NCBI GenBank assembly: GCA_024635455.1
Contig: JAGXIU010000002.1
Coordinates: 172,309 to 236,308 of the forward strand
From: Candidatus Saccharimonadota bacterium
GTDB lineage: Bacteria; Patescibacteriota; Saccharimonadia; Saccharimonadales; SLHW01
Direction of reading: 5' to 3'
Length of the DNA: 64,000 nt
Both the position numbers and the translations under genes were made by a program. This document shows, piece after piece, positions 38,103 to 47,561 of the stretch; position 1 is the first letter of the stretch; each line of letters opens with the position of its first letter. The notes under the pieces were generated by a model, which was given only the letters and a program-made list of their open reading frames with translations, had not been told where the DNA came from and did no database searches.

Positions 38103-38992
38103 AGCGATTGCTCCTGCGGCGTAATTTCTTGGTATGAGCAGAGCTGATCATCGATGCGGCTAACGCCGAAGGCGGCGCAACGTAGGTTGTCTCGTAGGCC
38201 GTAGCTTGGGCACAGCTTGTCGGTGGTGTTCTTTGGTTGACTAAACTCAACGATAACGCAGTCTCCAGGAGGAACCGATTGATTGCTCGATAATACATAG
38301 TCAGCTGGGTTATCTAGTTTTTGCTGCCGGTAGGTTTTTGCTTGCCTATCTGCAGTGTAGACAAATACCTGTAACTCGGTTTCGTTTGTCTCGGGGCAAC
38401 GTTGACCATCTGTGATATCGAGCAACGTCGCGCCTGAATCGTCGTTGCGTAGCATATGTTGCTCGATAAATCCTATGTCTAAAGCGCCCTGCGGATCGCC
38501 GTCGATCCACTGTTGCGAGGCGAGCCAACTCGCTGAGTCGTCCTTTAGAGGGATTGTTATGCTTTCACTCTGTATCTCACCGCCAATAGCCTGCATATAA
38601 GCGCCAAGGCTGGCGGTTGACGATGTATTATCAACAAAGCCAGAAACAGATATGCGTTTGCCGTCTTGGGAGAACTGTCGGCCACTGTCTATGTAGGCTG
38701 TATTCGGTTTGATTTCTGTATTACACACCCAAAACTCAATCTCGGCTTGGCTATGGCCGTTGCCACTAGAGTCTGAGGTTGTCTGCAGCAAAATAGTGGA
38801 TAACAGTAGTACAGTGGTAGCCACGAAAGTGATTGCACTAAATCCATAGAATACAAATGCCTTGAGCTGATATTTATGATGGAGCATAAAAAATACCAAG
38901 CCGACCAACAACGTACTAGCTAAAACGATGCTGTCGGTAGATACTGACTGCATTACTGGTTCAAGCGTGTTGCCAAGTAGCCATGGATTCAC
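38099..38992 (-). CDS. Membrane-anchored hypothetical protein with Cys-containing extracellular domain
   Basis: Two N-terminal TMs; FWVC, PPGDCVIVEF, TDKLC. Confidence 0.7.
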   Translation of the reverse strand: MNPWLLGNTLEPVMQSVSTDSIVLASTLLVGLVFFMLHHKYQLKAFVFYGFSAITFVATTVLLLSTILLQTTSDSSGNGHSQAEIEFWVCNTEIKPNTAYIDSGRQFSQDGKRISVSGFVDNTSSTASLGAYMQAIGGEIQSESITIPLKDDSASWLASQQWIDGDPQGALDIGFIEQHMLRNDDSGATLLDITDGQRCPETNETELQVFVYTADRQAKTYRQQKLDNPADYVLSSNQSVPPGDCVIVEFSQPKNTTDKLCPSYGLRDNLRCAAFGVSRIDDQLCSYQEITPQEQSL

Positions 38993-39079
38993 GTATGTTG
39001 CCCACCTTTCATTATCTATAAACTATAGCATAAGTACAGATACGTGACAGTGGTATTACTGCGCTATAATGGTAGCAAT

Positions 39080-39532
39080 ATGCTAGGAAAATTACGCGCC
39101 ATCAAGCTCAAGCCGATTATCGACGCACTCCGCGATACTAGAGTGATTGGTGCGATTGGGTTTGGCGTGATAGCGCTCTTAGTTAGCTGGAGTAGTGTTG
39201 GAGTAATCCAGCAGAACTTTACCTTGCAGCAACAGATTGCTCAGCTCGAGAACGAGATTACTATTCAAGGGCTCGAGAATGCCAATCTAGAGCTACGAAA
39301 CGAATACTATAACACCGATAAGTATCTGGAATTGCAGGCTCGACGCCAGTTTGGTTTGGCTGCTCCAGGAGAAACAGTTCTGACTGTACCGGAGCGTATT
39401 GCACTGGAGCACAGCGTAGAAGTGGCAGACGAGTCTGATGCATCTCAGCAAGTGCAAACTGACAAAGCGTGGTATCAACAAAATCTAGAAGCCTGGGGTG
39501 AATTTTTCTTTCGTGGTTTTCGCGAGCAATAG
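39080..39532 (+). CDS. ftsB: Septum formation initiator (FtsB/DivIC) family protein
   Basis: TM, coiled coil, YLELQARRQFGLAAPGE. Confidence 0.8.
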   Translation: MLGKLRAIKLKPIIDALRDTRVIGAIGFGVIALLVSWSSVGVIQQNFTLQQQIAQLENEITIQGLENANLELRNEYYNTDKYLELQARRQFGLAAPGETVLTVPERIALEHSVEVADESDASQQVQTDKAWYQQNLEAWGEFFFRGFREQ

Positions 39533-39618
39533 AAGGCAATTGACTGTTACCCTATTCTCTGGTAATATTGCTAACTGTTGCAAAAGCTGAAAACCTATAT
39601 CCGTTAATCGGATACTAA

Positions 39619-39693
39619 CGCGGGGTGGAGCAGCGGCAGCTCGCGTGGCTCATAACCACGAGGTCGCAGGTTCGAGTCCTGCCCCCGCTACCA
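39619..39693 (+). tRNA. Initiator tRNA-fMet (CAT)
   Basis: CGCGGGG/CCCCGCT with C1xU72 mismatch, GAGC D-stem, CGTGG-CTCATAA-CCACG, encoded CCA. Confidence 0.93.
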
Positions 39694-39733
39694 AGAAAAA
39701 CGACTCACCGAATGGTGGGTCTTTTTTCTTGTT

Positions 39734-39899
39734 GGACAGCCCTCGAGCCTGCGACGCAGATTTTGCCTAAGCAAAATATGCTAGTCGCAGCGTTCGGTGG
39801 AATGAAGCCACGCGCAGGAGCTGGCTCCGAGCATGGCTGAGTGGAGATGAAGCAGAGCGATATAATCGCCCGGCCTGAATTGTCCTGCCCCCGCTACCA
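39734..39899 (+). repeat. tRNA-fMet-linked hairpin unit A ending in a copy of the tRNA 3' end
   Basis: 23-nt identity 39676-39698 versus 39882-39904; starts with an inverted T-arm-like copy; homologous to 44945-45068. Confidence 0.8.
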
Positions 39900-40016
39900 A
39901 GAAAGACTTTTCAGACGCTGGAAGGTCTTTTTTAGTGGGTACGTATCTGTAGAGTGGACTCATTTCACTGGTTCCAAACTTACGTGTCTCTGGGGCGTAC
40001 ACCAAACCCTTTGGAG
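39882..40016 (-). pseudogene. Probable C-terminal stump of a deleted serine recombinase
   Basis: PKGLVYAPETRKFGTSEMSPLYRYVPTKKDLPASEKSFLVAGAG reads into the tRNA 3' copy in the same position and orientation as the island 1 integrase; family call from recollection of similar C-termini. Confidence 0.6.
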
Positions 40017-40166
40017 TCAACACACTTTGGAACCATTATACCTTAATTGCTCACGAGCTATAAGGTGTAAATTATGTATGAATTCTCGCAGTTGGGTGTC
40101 TGAGTACTTATCAGAACTCTTGCCGAGAACTCGTCTTGCTTTGCTTTTAGGGACGAACTGTTCCAT
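40017..40166 (-). CDS. Small protein upstream of the integrase stump (49 aa)
   Basis: AAGGAG SD; MEQFVPKSKARRVLGKSSDKYSDTQLREFIHNLHLIAREQLRYNGSKVC. Confidence 0.6.
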   Translation of the reverse strand: MEQFVPKSKARRVLGKSSDKYSDTQLREFIHNLHLIAREQLRYNGSKVC

Positions 40167-40328
40167 AAAAAACCGCTCCTTGTAGATAAATTAATTAAAT
40201 AATTTATCGATTTCGGAACGGTATGACCCAGGCTTTACCCCTTTGGTCAGCTCTTGGCTCGATGCGCCACCTTAGCGTGTTTATCTAATAACTATAATTA
40301 TACCATATTTATTGATATAATTCATTTA

Positions 40329-41081
40329 ATGAAGTCAGCAAAAAAGAAGAAGGTCTCTACTCGTAAGAGATTAAACTCTAGACTCAAGCAAATGAATAAG
40401 ACTAAGCATCTTGCCGTAGCTGTAGCTTTAATTGTACTTTTTAGTGTCGGTATAGTATTCGGCTTAGATAAAATCCGAGAAAACAACCCTGTTACAGTAC
40501 AGAGTACAGAGATTAACGATAGTGTGCCCGAGAATGAAGTAGATATTACTTTTAACACTCCATGGCCCCCTACAGAAGCACAAAAAGCTTGTTATGTTCG
40601 TCTTGAGGAAGAACGTCTAAGAGGCGTAATTTTAGAAACTGTGTACTGCGGAGGTACTGGAGAGTATATTGCCACAGATTCAAATGGTGAACAATACATC
40701 TACAAGACCGAACAAGCTACTCCGGTAGAAAGTAGCCCTCAAAAAGATACTCAGTGTTACGAAAATGTAATTCCTCACGCGACAAAAGAAATTCCTGCTG
40801 ATTGGCTTTATGTTGGTGAGACTCTAGTCACCATTACTGGATATGACGGAGTTGAGACAATATGCATTAAAAATGGGCTCAAAGATGTTGTTTATAGCAC
40901 TCCAGTGATAGACGCACAGAAGTACATTGGTACTAAGATTCGTGAAATTCCACAAACACCGGAGACATACTCATACGAAGAGGCCTTGTCAGATGCTAAA
41001 TATGCATGTAGAGGCAATCAACCAGATTCAACTGATATGACTGATTGCATAAGAAAAAAAATGAATGAGTACGGGTTCTAA
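40329..41081 (+). CDS. Membrane-anchored protein with possible G5-like domain
   Basis: Basic N-terminus, TM, IPHATKEI...GETLV..GYDG..PVI...IGTK; TGA-TATAAT 7 nt before ATG. Confidence 0.65.
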   Translation: MKSAKKKKVSTRKRLNSRLKQMNKTKHLAVAVALIVLFSVGIVFGLDKIRENNPVTVQSTEINDSVPENEVDITFNTPWPPTEAQKACYVRLEEERLRGVILETVYCGGTGEYIATDSNGEQYIYKTEQATPVESSPQKDTQCYENVIPHATKEIPADWLYVGETLVTITGYDGVETICIKNGLKDVVYSTPVIDAQKYIGTKIREIPQTPETYSYEEALSDAKYACRGNQPDSTDMTDCIRKKMNEYGF

Positions 41082-41357
41082 CACCTGAAGCCTACGTCTA
41101 GGTGTAGTTTATTCTTATATAAAGGTCCTATGGGAACCCTCAAATACTAGGGGGATGGGATAAATATATCTATCTATTCATGTTATTAATTCTCTACTTT
41201 ATTTATACGTGCTCCCTTATTGTGTGAGAGTAAACAAGTTGGTAAGCAATCTGATGCCGTGACTATCTTTTTGTCCATATAAGCATAAGGCATACCTTTT
41301 TAATCTTGTGTTAGGTATAATTTTACTAATAATTCAAAAAAAGGATTTTGTAAAATA

Positions 41358-42203
41358 ATGGCTGGCAGACATTTTTCAACGCACGAAAGCAACAGTGATG
41401 TCATTGATGCCTTGCATGATGGTGTACCCAGTTGGATGAAGCGTTCAATAGATAGCTGGATACGCGAGGAGATAGCAAAAGGCAGTGGATATGCTGGAGT
41501 GGTTGCAAACGTCAATACCATAGAGAGGCTAGAGAGGCTTTTACGTGTGAGTTTGATTGGAACAGATAGCCTATACAAGATGCTAGGAAGTTTATTTAGT
41601 CGTTTAGATGTCAATGAAGACCTCAAGCTTGATGTTGTTGACGGATTACTGCAGATTGGAACTCCTTTAACAAATAACGTCAGAGAACTGGATAATATTC
41701 TTGAGCAATCTGGCTCTAAGTGGAAAGTTGCAACAAACGAGGGTACACCTAAACTAGAAGAGAGGGTAGATGATTCTGTAATAGTCGCAATGGATGATCT
41801 AGCGACACAGACTGGAGACGCCAGTAAGTACATGAGGTTAGCTTGGAATGAAGCATTTGGGCGTAACCCGAACCCTTCGTCAGCATATAGCAATGTCGTT
41901 AAGGCTGTTGAGGCTGCTACTTGGGGAACTGTCACTCCAAATAATAGCAGGGCTACGTTGGGAACAATTATTGGGGAACTAAAAAATAATCCTGAAAATT
42001 ACAAAATTTCTATTAAGGAAGATAGTCAATACAAAGGTATAAAAACAATCACACAAGACTTGTCTTTAATTTGGAGAGGGCAAACTGACAGACACGGTAC
42101 TTCAAACCCTGTCGCACCAACCCAAGAAGCTGCAGAACAAGCAATATTTTCAGGCTTATCTACATGTCAGCAATTTACTAGAGGTCTTATTTCACACACC
42201 TAG
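41358..42203 (+). CDS. AbiJ-like protein with C-terminal HEPN-like domain
   Basis: AWNEAFGRNPNPSSAY..VVKAVEA...TLGTII...RGQTDRHG (R-x5-H). Confidence 0.6.
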   Translation: MAGRHFSTHESNSDVIDALHDGVPSWMKRSIDSWIREEIAKGSGYAGVVANVNTIERLERLLRVSLIGTDSLYKMLGSLFSRLDVNEDLKLDVVDGLLQIGTPLTNNVRELDNILEQSGSKWKVATNEGTPKLEERVDDSVIVAMDDLATQTGDASKYMRLAWNEAFGRNPNPSSAYSNVVKAVEAATWGTVTPNNSRATLGTIIGELKNNPENYKISIKEDSQYKGIKTITQDLSLIWRGQTDRHGTSNPVAPTQEAAEQAIFSGLSTCQQFTRGLISHT

Positions 42204-42318
42204 AAAGCTAATTTAGGCAACTCAGAGCAGTCTTTCCAACGTTACAATTTATATACTAAGAAAAGCCCTACTAAAGTCTTGTAACTTAAAGCTTTGTGAA
42301 ATTTGGTATGATTTGTAT

Positions 42319-42666
42319 ATGAGTAATGTAAATGAACTACAGAAACTAGTAACTGAGTTTAGAGATGCGCGTGACTGGAAACAGTTTCACAACCCTAAAG
42401 ACATGGCTATATCACTTGTTCTAGAAGCTTCTGAGTTTCTAGAACACTACCAATGGAAATCAGAAGAAGAAATAAATAAGCACATGCTTGAAAATAAGTC
42501 TCAACTTGCTGACGAACTTGCAGATGTTATGTATTGGGTGCTATTACTGGCTAATGATTTAAACATTGACTTGACTAAGCAGTTCAAGTCTAAACTAGAG
42601 GAGAACGCTGTTAAATACCCTGTTAATAAAGCTAAGGGCAACCATAAAAAGTACACGGAGTTATAA
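42319..42666 (+). CDS. MazG-like (dCTP pyrophosphatase-type) nucleotide pyrophosphohydrolase
   Basis: FRDARDWKQFHNPKDMAISLVLEASE...DELADV...KYP. Confidence 0.9.
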   Translation: MSNVNELQKLVTEFRDARDWKQFHNPKDMAISLVLEASEFLEHYQWKSEEEINKHMLENKSQLADELADVMYWVLLLANDLNIDLTKQFKSKLEENAVKYPVNKAKGNHKKYTEL

Positions 42667-43636
42667 TGTCTAATCTGATCATACAACCTGCAAGTGATAA
42701 AAATGCTAGACAGCATTTTGTCGATACTGTACTTAACCCTGTTCCTTTAAGTCGTATTCAAAAACATCTAGATGCTGAGACGATGCAGAAACTAGAGAAA
42801 CTATACAAAGGAAATGAGATACCTGTGTGGGGATTCACTCCTGCAGGTAGCAACATAGGTAAATGGAACAGGATTGAGAAGGGTGATGTCGCTCTTTTTC
42901 TTCGGCAGAAATTTGCCTTTGCATCCAGTACCGTTGCTTTTAAGCTACACAACCACAATCTAGCCGTTGTGAACTCTGGGGTTATGACGACAAACAACGC
43001 ACGTGGGAGTACTTATATTTTCTAGATGAAGTACAAAGCCAAAAAGTATCTTATGAACGTCTAAATGAGCTGCTTGCCTATGCTGCATATAATAACTTTC
43101 AGCAATCTCTTGTGCTTAACGAAGAGAAAAGCAATCCTGTTATTTCAGCTTTAGAGTTAGAAAGTGCAGTTTATGAACCTGTCCCAACGCGAGATGAATA
43201 TCTCAAGGCTATCGAGCCCTCAGAAGACACAGCCCTGGACAAGACAGTAACAACTAAGGCTCGCACAGAGCAAGCATATCTTCGTAACATTAACTTCAAG
43301 CAAAGTAAGTATGTTGATTGCGGCATATGTCACAGAGAATTCCCTGTTACATTTCTAGTCGCTGCGCACATTAAAAAACGTAGTGACTGTTCAGACGAAG
43401 AAAGACGTGACTACAACCATATTTCTATGCCTATGTGTAAGTTTGGGTGTGATGAATTGTATGAGAAGGGTTATATCGGAGTTGATAAAAATGTATTTGT
43501 CATAAAAGACGAAAATTTATCTAGTACAGTTCTGGAGCACCTGTCTTCAGTTGATGGAAATGAATGTAATCATTGGAATTCAAATACAGTAGATTACTTT
43601 AAATGGCATAATGATCGAATGAAACTAGTCGGCTAG
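42666..43636 (+). pseudogene. Frameshifted HNH endonuclease
   Basis: Removing 2 nt at about 42969-42970 joins both ORFs into 322 aa (NLAV-ELWGY...TWEYLYFL...CGIC...AAHIKKRS...C..GCDELYE). Confidence 0.8.
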
Positions 43637-43668
43637 ATGGGTTTGCGATAGCTTGGTTTTGTCGCTCA

Positions 43669-44169
43669 TTAGTTGTCCGTAGCGTCATACACCGTATTAC
43701 CGCTTATTGCTAAATGCTTTACCACTACCTTGTCTCCCTCTGTAGCTACGTCACAAACAAACAATATACTGCTATCGGTGGTCTTATCCTTGCCATTCCA
43801 CTGTAACGATTTTGTACCGTCGCCCATATCAGTGAAGTAGGGCCTATATGAAAAAGTTACAATGCTAGTATTTTCTAGGTTTATGTAGTTTTGTAAAAAG
43901 TTAGCATCTTGGCATACGTTCTCGGCGTCAGGTTGACTAATCTCTTTAGGCTTGGGTTGCTCTTGAGCCTGTGGTTTTGGTTCTTCGACAGTTTTTTGCT
44001 CGGTCTTGGTAGTCTCCTTTGGATTATTGTCGCCGCTACCAGTAATAACACCAACAATGCCTGAAATGATAGCTAAGGCGATAAAGCCAATAATCACAAC
44101 ACCCATTAAACCTATGGTTTTTTCTACCTTGCTCATTTCGTTCCAGTTTTTACGCTTTTGTTTAGCCAT
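43669..44169 (-). CDS. Membrane-anchored exported protein
   Basis: GGAG SD, TM, K/E/P/Q linker, Cys pair. Confidence 0.75.
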   Translation of the reverse strand: MAKQKRKNWNEMSKVEKTIGLMGVVIIGFIALAIISGIVGVITGSGDNNPKETTKTEQKTVEEPKPQAQEQPKPKEISQPDAENVCQDANFLQNYINLENTSIVTFSYRPYFTDMGDGTKSLQWNGKDKTTDSSILFVCDVATEGDKVVVKHLAISGNTVYDATDN

Positions 44170-44181
44170 TATATAAACTCC

Positions 44182-44463
44182 TCACTTGTTGTATTTACTA
44201 ACTCGTTTGTCATTTTTATTTTTTTTCTTTGAGTTAAGTCCAGCTAATAGTCTCGTGTTATAAATTAATCCCCCAATTACAGGGATTATCAAAAAAGGTA
44301 CTACTACAAGCCATATATTGCCGAATGCCCAAGTAATATACATTACTAAAAACATAAGAAAACGTTTGAAGTTTTTTAACAAACCCTGCGTTTTTTCGTT
44401 GTCGCTATATAGGGTCAGAGACAACACAAAAAATACTACCCATGAAATGTATACAATCTGCAT
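44182..44463 (-). CDS. Small membrane protein
   Basis: AAGGAG SD, 3 TMs, basic tail. Confidence 0.65.
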   Translation of the reverse strand: MQIVYISWVVFFVLSLTLYSDNEKTQGLLKNFKRFLMFLVMYITWAFGNIWLVVVPFLIIPVIGGLIYNTRLLAGLNSKKKNKNDKRVSKYNK

Positions 44464-44680
44464 ACGCTAGCTTCTCCTTCTAACATAACTACATACTACT
44501 CCGTAAGTAATATAGGTGCCAAGCCTAATCATTCGGGCGGGGTCGTTCGGTTATACCTCTTGCTATTGTGCGAGAGTATTAATATTTACATACTTTACGT
44601 CAAGAAAAAAAAAAGGGGGGGGTTGCTGGGATAGAATGCCTAGTCGCTACGCTCGGGCAGTTCTAGTCCCAGCTGCCTGT

Positions 44681-44771
44681 CTAAGTAGCCAGAGGTAGAA
44701 CAACCTTAACTTGAATCCACCGTTTTAGCTCGGTACAGATTTCGTTCCAATTCGAACGTACTTGGGCTACC
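44681..44771 (-). other. attR of island 2 with in-frame alternative integrase tail
   Basis: GTTCCAA-N15-GCTACC versus tRNA GTTCGAG-N10-GCTACC; reads VAQVRSNWNEICTELKRWIQVKVVLPLAT*. Confidence 0.6.
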
Positions 44772-44944
44772 GGAATGACAGATCAGCCAGCCTGCTGATG
44801 AGCAAAGCTCATCACTCCGCTGGCTTTTTTATTTCTGGCGGTGTCAAAATTTCCAGTGCTCCCTCTACGTATTACTTATACGTTTCGGTCTGCGCTTCAA
44901 TTTTTCCTAGCCAGAAATAAAATCTGCTAATTCTGGTACGGAGA

Positions 44945-45068
44945 CAGGACGAGAACCTGAAATTTTTGCGTAGCAAAAAAAAGGTTCGGGCGCCAACGAA
45001 GTTGCCCGCAGAAATGTATTTCGAGGACAACGAGTGCGTATGAGCAAAGCGATTGTCCTGCCCCCGCT
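44945..45068 (+). repeat. tRNA-fMet-linked hairpin unit B
   Basis: CAGGACGAGAACCTG inverted T-arm copy; ends ATTGTCCTGCCCCCGCT identical to 39879-39895. Confidence 0.8.
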
Positions 45069-45184
45069 TCATTTGAACACGCAATTCTACTTGCGTATTC
45101 ATTTTTATACCCACGCCTGATCAAGTTGAGGGTTTTGCCGCATCATGACATTGACTAAAGCCGTCAATATGTTACAATAGCAAT

Positions 45185-45454
45185 ATGAAACACTTTGCAT
45201 ACGCATTACTTAACTTTGTATTACCAGGCTCAGCCTACATATTTTTACGAGAGCGAGTTGTATTCGGCTCTCTCGTACTCGTATCAGAACTTATTTTGTG
45301 GTTTGCGGCATTACCAGCTTCGATAGAGGATGCTGTAAACCAATCACTTGATAACTTTCAGATAGCTGAATGGCTGCCGGTCATTGCTGCTATATTGCTG
45401 TTTTCAGTAGCGTTTGCAGTAGACGCATTTGCTATATCCAAAAATAAGAAGTAA
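45185..45454 (+). CDS. Small membrane protein
   Basis: LLNFVLPGSAYI motif, 3 hydrophobic segments. Confidence 0.65.
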   Translation: MKHFAYALLNFVLPGSAYIFLRERVVFGSLVLVSELILWFAALPASIEDAVNQSLDNFQIAEWLPVIAAILLFSVAFAVDAFAISKNKK

Positions 45455-45517
45455 ATACAGCCTTACTCTAGTTGTCATATATTTACAAATAAGGCCTAGC
45501 CCCGTAATCTAAATCAT

Positions 45518-45817
45518 ATGTCAGAAGAAAACCAGCAACAATCACCACACCAGGCACCAGTGCCAGACGTGGTGAACAATCCTCAAGGCAGACAAACTGA
45601 ACCTACGGACATCCTAGGTATTATAAGTATTGTTATGGCTTTTGCTGGGATGCAAATCGTAGGCATTATTCTTGGTGTTATCGGTATGAAAAAAGCTAAA
45701 CAAGAGGGTTATCCGGTGACATTATCAAAAGTCGGCTTAATCCTTAACATAGCATTCATACTAGTATTTATTCCGCTCATAGTTTTCTTCGTATTTTTGG
45801 CTTTTGCTTCTAGCTGA
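45518..45817 (+). CDS. DUF4190-like small membrane protein
   Basis: LGIISI...GIILGVIG...LSKVGLIL pattern. Confidence 0.7.
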   Translation: MSEENQQQSPHQAPVPDVVNNPQGRQTEPTDILGIISIVMAFAGMQIVGIILGVIGMKKAKQEGYPVTLSKVGLILNIAFILVFIPLIVFFVFLAFASS

Positions 45818-45860
45818 GGCTACGAAACAATAGGTAGCAATTGCTTTGGTACGATACTCA

Positions 45861-47561
45861 TCACTCTAAAACGATAGCTTCATGAGAGCGAAGTTGTAAT
45901 CTATCATCGCTGAGTGATGCAGCATTATCCATGTAGCTCGTTATCAGTATTTGTTGGTGCGTGAGGTTATCTTTAATTTGCACATTTTGTAGCTCGTTGG
46001 AGAAGTTTATGACCGATATGGTGTGCTCTGATGCTTTTGTATTAATACGGGCAAAGGCGAAGACTTGGTCGTTGTCTGTTTGTAGCGGGGTATAGGAGCT
46101 ATGCTGCAGTGCTGGATGTGAATTTCGCATTTCAAGCAACGCACTATAGAGCCGCAAAAACGACTGCGGGCTGCCGGCTTGTCGTGCGAGATTCTTTTGT
46201 TTGTAGTCTTTATCAATAGGCAACCAGAGGTATTCTGGCTGGACGAGAGAAAAGCCAGCATTCTGACTGTCATCCCATAGCATTGGCGTGCGTGATTCGT
46301 CACGAAAGCCAAGGAGATCATGTCGCCTTTCAGGCGGGATGGGGACATTAGTAAAACCACCCTCTTCACCGTTATAGAGGAATATATTGCCCGGTAGCGT
46401 TAGGTTAAGCACTGCGACTGATCGAGCTGCTCGCTCTCCCATAACGTCAGGCGAGGCAATTCGTGGTCGATCGTGATTATCACATACCTGGTTGCCGACC
46501 GACTTTTCTGGCAGTAATCGGTAATATTCGTCCAAAAATAATTTATAGTCTTGCGCTTGCCAAGGAATATCTAATGGCGTGAAGTTAAACGAGCTGGAAT
46601 TATGTGGTGAAATGCAATCAATGGCGTGGAGCTTTTCTGGCGGTAAATACGCCTCATAAATGATACGTAAATCAAGCGGATACTCATCTAGCACTGAGCT
46701 TATTTCTGCAAGGTGCTGTGTAAGTTTTGGCATGTAGGCGCCACTATGCTCCAGCTGCAGTTGGTCATAAGGGTTTGGCCATTGCATAGTATCTGCGTCG
46801 CGATCATCTTCGTGATAGTCGCTATTTGGTTGTTCGTCACGAAAGGAAGGGTCTTTGCCCAGATACGGAATAGCGTCGACGCGAAAGCCATCTACTCCAC
46901 GTTGAATCCAAAAGCGCATAATGTCTTTGACGGCGTTACGTACTTCAGGGTTTTCCCAGTTCAGGTCCGGTTGATGCTCCGAAAAGCTATGAAGATAGTA
47001 TTGACCTCGCGCTTCGTGATAAGTCCAAGCTGATACTGGCGGAGTTAGCTCATCTTTAGCGACTGTAATATCACCTTTTTTGCGTCGTTCGTGCTGAATA
47101 CGAGAAAAGACACTCGCCCAATTATTCGGCGGTGAGCCATCTGGTTTTGGGTCTTTCCATATATACCAATCGGATTTGTTGCCACCATCAGCTGAATCCT
47201 GGAACCAAATATGCTTGTCTGACGTGTGGTTTGGCACCAGGTCAACCATGACATTCAGCGAGCGATTGTGCGCTTGCTCTACGAGTTCGTCAAAGTCGCG
47301 CAAACTGCCGGCCATCGGGTCTACGTCACAATGATTTTTGATGTCATAGCCACCATCAATTTGCGGCGACGGGTAGAATGGACAGAGCCACAGCGCGTTT
47401 ATGCCTAGTTTCTTGAGGTAGTCGAGCTTTTCGGTGATACCACGTAAATCCCCTTGACCATTCGGGATTGGTTTCGCGCTCTCGTTGAAGCTCTTGGTAT
47501 ACACCTCGTAAATTACTGCTTGTTGCCAAGGCTGATTATCTGCCTGATTGTTCTTATGCAT
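45861..47561 (-). CDS. GH13 alpha-glucosidase/oligo-1,6-glucosidase-like enzyme
   Basis: GDLRGI, DGGYD, DLVPNHTS, QPDLNW, GFRVDA, EAY, NHD. Confidence 0.93.
   Translation of the reverse strand: MHKNNQADNQPWQQAVIYEVYTKSFNESAKPIPNGQGDLRGITEKLDYLKKLGINALWLCPFYPSPQIDGGYDIKNHCDVDPMAGSLRDFDELVEQAHNRSLNVMVDLVPNHTSDKHIWFQDSADGGNKSDWYIWKDPKPDGSPPNNWASVFSRIQHERRKKGDITVAKDELTPPVSAWTYHEARGQYYLHSFSEHQPDLNWENPEVRNAVKDIMRFWIQRGVDGFRVDAIPYLGKDPSFRDEQPNSDYHEDDRDADTMQWPNPYDQLQLEHSGAYMPKLTQHLAEISSVLDEYPLDLRIIYEAYLPPEKLHAIDCISPHNSSSFNFTPLDIPWQAQDYKLFLDEYYRLLPEKSVGNQVCDNHDRPRIASPDVMGERAARSVAVLNLTLPGNIFLYNGEEGGFTNVPIPPERRHDLLGFRDESRTPMLWDDSQNAGFSLVQPEYLWLPIDKDYKQKNLARQAGSPQSFLRLYSALLEMRNSHPALQHSSYTPLQTDNDQVFAFARINTKASEHTISVINFSNELQNVQIKDNLTHQQILITSYMDNAASLSDDRLQLRSHEAIVLE

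Larger units (their letters stand above)
39893..44771. mobile_element. Degenerate integrative island 2 at tRNA-fMet
   Basis: GCTACC core at 39893-39898 and 44766-44771; probable integrase stump; AT-rich defence-type cargo. Confidence 0.7.

Noticed and set aside
39969..40035. TGGTTCCAAA/TTTGGAACCA inverted repeat as an intact attP
   Set aside because: No tRNA-like core between the arms, and both arms lie within inferred coding remnants flanking the deletion; may be chance or deletion-related
41300..41935. 211-aa antisense ORF
   Set aside because: Ser/Leu-rich shadow of the 41358-42203 gene
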